A stretch of DNA of 63,551 nucleotides, counting the filler, from Globobulimina sp. (taxonomy: Eukaryota): NCBI GenBank assembly GCA_003354225.1. It is 46 parts of 46 records of this genome, joined end to end, with 100 filler letters (N's around TTAATTAATTAA, not from the genome) between each part and the next. Parts side by side here need not be neighbours in the genome. Positions count along the whole stretch, not along the records: positions 60,888 to 62,169 come from PIVH01019473.1; positions 62,270 to 63,551 come from PIVH01019474.1; 44 more parts are not named here. One strand, written 5' to 3'. The notes under the pieces were generated by a model. The model ran no database searches and had not been told where the DNA came from. It was given only the letters and a program-made list of their open reading frames with translations. Below are positions 61,642-63,551 of this stretch, piece after piece. The position numbers and the translations under genes are program-made. How positions within the stretch are numbered: position 1 is the first letter of the stretch; every line of letters begins with the position of its first letter.

Positions 61642-62121
61642 TCAATGGATTTTTATTTTTATTTTTAAAATTTTCTGAGCTTTTTTGTTTTGAATATACT
61701 ATAATCTGTAAATCAGAGTCATTTTTATTCAAAATCAATCATCAAAAAAGAAGGAAAATTAATGCATGGCAAATGGATGATTTTCGTTAATCGTATAATT
61801 ATTTATTACTCCGTTTAGTTTGTTAATTTTGTTTTTTTTGTTGTCGCCGTTTTTAATAAACATAAATATTAATATCAAATTGATTCCATTCATGATAATA
61901 TTTTTCGATATAATCGGATATATGTCGTGTTGGAATACTTTTTTTTAATTATTATCAAATTTTAGCTTTTTGTTGTTTTGTTTTGTATCTTTCTAAATAT
62001 GTTATTCCATTGTTTGAGTTTTGTGAAATATAATTAAAATATTCATTGTTTTCTAATATTTTTTAATTTCTTCAAAACTTAATTGGAACGTGCATTGCGT
62101 TTAAACACATCAAAAAAAGCA

Positions 62122-62169
62122 ATATTTAACTTTTTTGGCTTAGTTTCGTTTCATTTCATTTCAACGATT
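62122..62169 (+). repeat. Dispersed repeat, copy 2 (identical to 2590-2637)
   Basis: Exact 48-nt match, cut by the contig end. Confidence 0.9.
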
Positions 62170-62269
62170 NNNNNNNNNNNNNNNNNNNNNNNNNNNNNNN
62201 NNNNNNNNNNNNNTTAATTAATTAANNNNNNNNNNNNNNNNNNNNNNNNNNNNNNNNNNNNNNNNNNNN

Positions 62270-63531
62270 TATTGACAGCAAATCATAATATTAATACCGC
62301 AAATTGGTTACATGCCAAGCAATGGCTTAAGCGCTATGCGGATGGCAAGCTGGTGACGAAAAAGCCAGTATTCACTGCGGAGCAAACCTGCAAATTTTTA
62401 GATGAAGCAGACAGCGATGAATATGAAAACGACAAAGTTGCATTGGATGTGGGCATTGGTGGTTGTTTCAGAGCGATTGATTACAAGTAGCTTTATCATG
62501 AAAAAGATGAAAATATCAAAATCGATACATTTTTATATATTTATAATATCGGACTTGTATTTTTTTACGACCTCTGAATCAAGAAATCTATCCAAATCGA
62601 TATGATTTAATATGGAATAATGTATTCATGGATTTGGAAACAAAAATAAATGGTTTGAATGAGTCCAGTATACCACCAAAATAAATACAAGGCCCCAAAG
62701 GGAAGAAAAATGCGCAGAGAAAAGCAAAGACAGTGATACATTTTTATCACTTAGCGAAGACGAAGGTGTTTAAGAATTTCGTTATCACGAATAAGAAATC
62801 AGTACATCTGATATTAAAATATATGAAAAGGACAAAGAAACTATGGACGAACAAAACAAGTATTTATGGCACTCGATTTTTATGGCAGAAACGAATGAAA
62901 AATGGGAAATTTGTATTTCATCCACAACCATTAGGAAAGAACTATTTTTATCGATATCCGAAGAAAATTGCAAAGTGGTTAGGTATTAAAGAGTGGTGGA
63001 GATTTGCCGGGCATTCAGTACGTCGCACTTCGGCGTCATTATTCTGTGAAGGCGATGAGGTATGTTATATTTTATGTATTTATTATCTCGGACTTATATT
63101 TTTTGTTTGTTTTATAATACACAGACAACGTTATTACAGTTAAAGAAATTTGGCTGTTGGAAGAGTGATAAAGTCGCAGAGTCGTATTATGACAATGCGA
63201 TTAGGAATAAAATGAAGGATGCGGAGATATTGAATGATGTGATGGGATATAATGAGGAAGAACAAGTTCAAGAGCCACCGAGGCATGAAACCGAAATACA
63301 AGATTCGGATTTTAATAAGAAACAAATTGAACAGTTATTTAGTAATTGCTCCATCTATCATTTAGTAATTGTAATTGTAATTTTTAATGTGTTGTTTTGT
63401 GTTTCTATTCCATTTTACTTCATGTACAAATTCTTAAAACGTTTCTATTTTACTGTCCCTAGGCGACGTAAACGGCCTCTTTTTTGAGACGTAAAGTACT
63501 TTTACTGGGTGATTTTTTGGTAAAATACTAG
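62270..63531 (+). mobile_element. Crypton-like tyrosine recombinase gene with spliceosomal intron(s), partly disrupted
   Basis: GGCFR, AKTK, QPLGKN...PKKIAKWLG, GHSVRRTSAS, intron 63060-63124, LKKFGCWKSDKVAESY. Confidence 0.82.
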
Positions 63532-63551
63532 TACGAATTCGTTACTTGGAT

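Noticed and set aside
1286-62269. Regularly spaced TTAATTAATTAA as a CRISPR-like or biological repeat; gene clusters across contigs
   Set aside because: It is an artificial linker within N runs, so neighbouring contigs are unlinked and ORFs ending XXX-LIN are artefacts.

Overview
This window is not one locus. It is a concatenation of about 46 unrelated ~1.28 kb contigs joined by an artificial 100-nt spacer (N44-TTAATTAATTAA-N44), so nothing can be inferred from adjacency across spacers. Most contigs are AT-rich eukaryotic nuclear DNA with short (~50-150 nt) spliceosomal introns and many SPRY, SAM, zinc-finger and 7TM proteins. My inference is a protist, plausibly a benthic foraminiferan, from an amplified or metagenomic assembly. 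Mixed in are a diatom-type plastid fragment (ycf46-ccs1), bacterial fragments (two in apparent chimeric joins), a probable giant-virus fragment (RFC + RING) and an isolated EFTUD2 exon. Mobile elements are three Penelope-like fragments, a PIF/Harbinger transposase and an intron-containing Crypton-like tyrosine recombinase. The most notable signals are: (1) a type I hammerhead-like fold with an unusual G3-C8 core downstream of an apparently endonuclease-less Penelope-like ORF; (2) frequent GTTAAG/GTTATG/GTTTAG intron donors; (3) an intron-bearing, possibly membrane-anchored T4 Rnl1-type RNA ligase; (4) a sequence shared between the Crypton-like 3' end and a hairpin-containing non-coding element; (5) three head-to-head gene pairs only 65-67 nt apart. 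All family calls come from motif recognition by eye; no searches were run.
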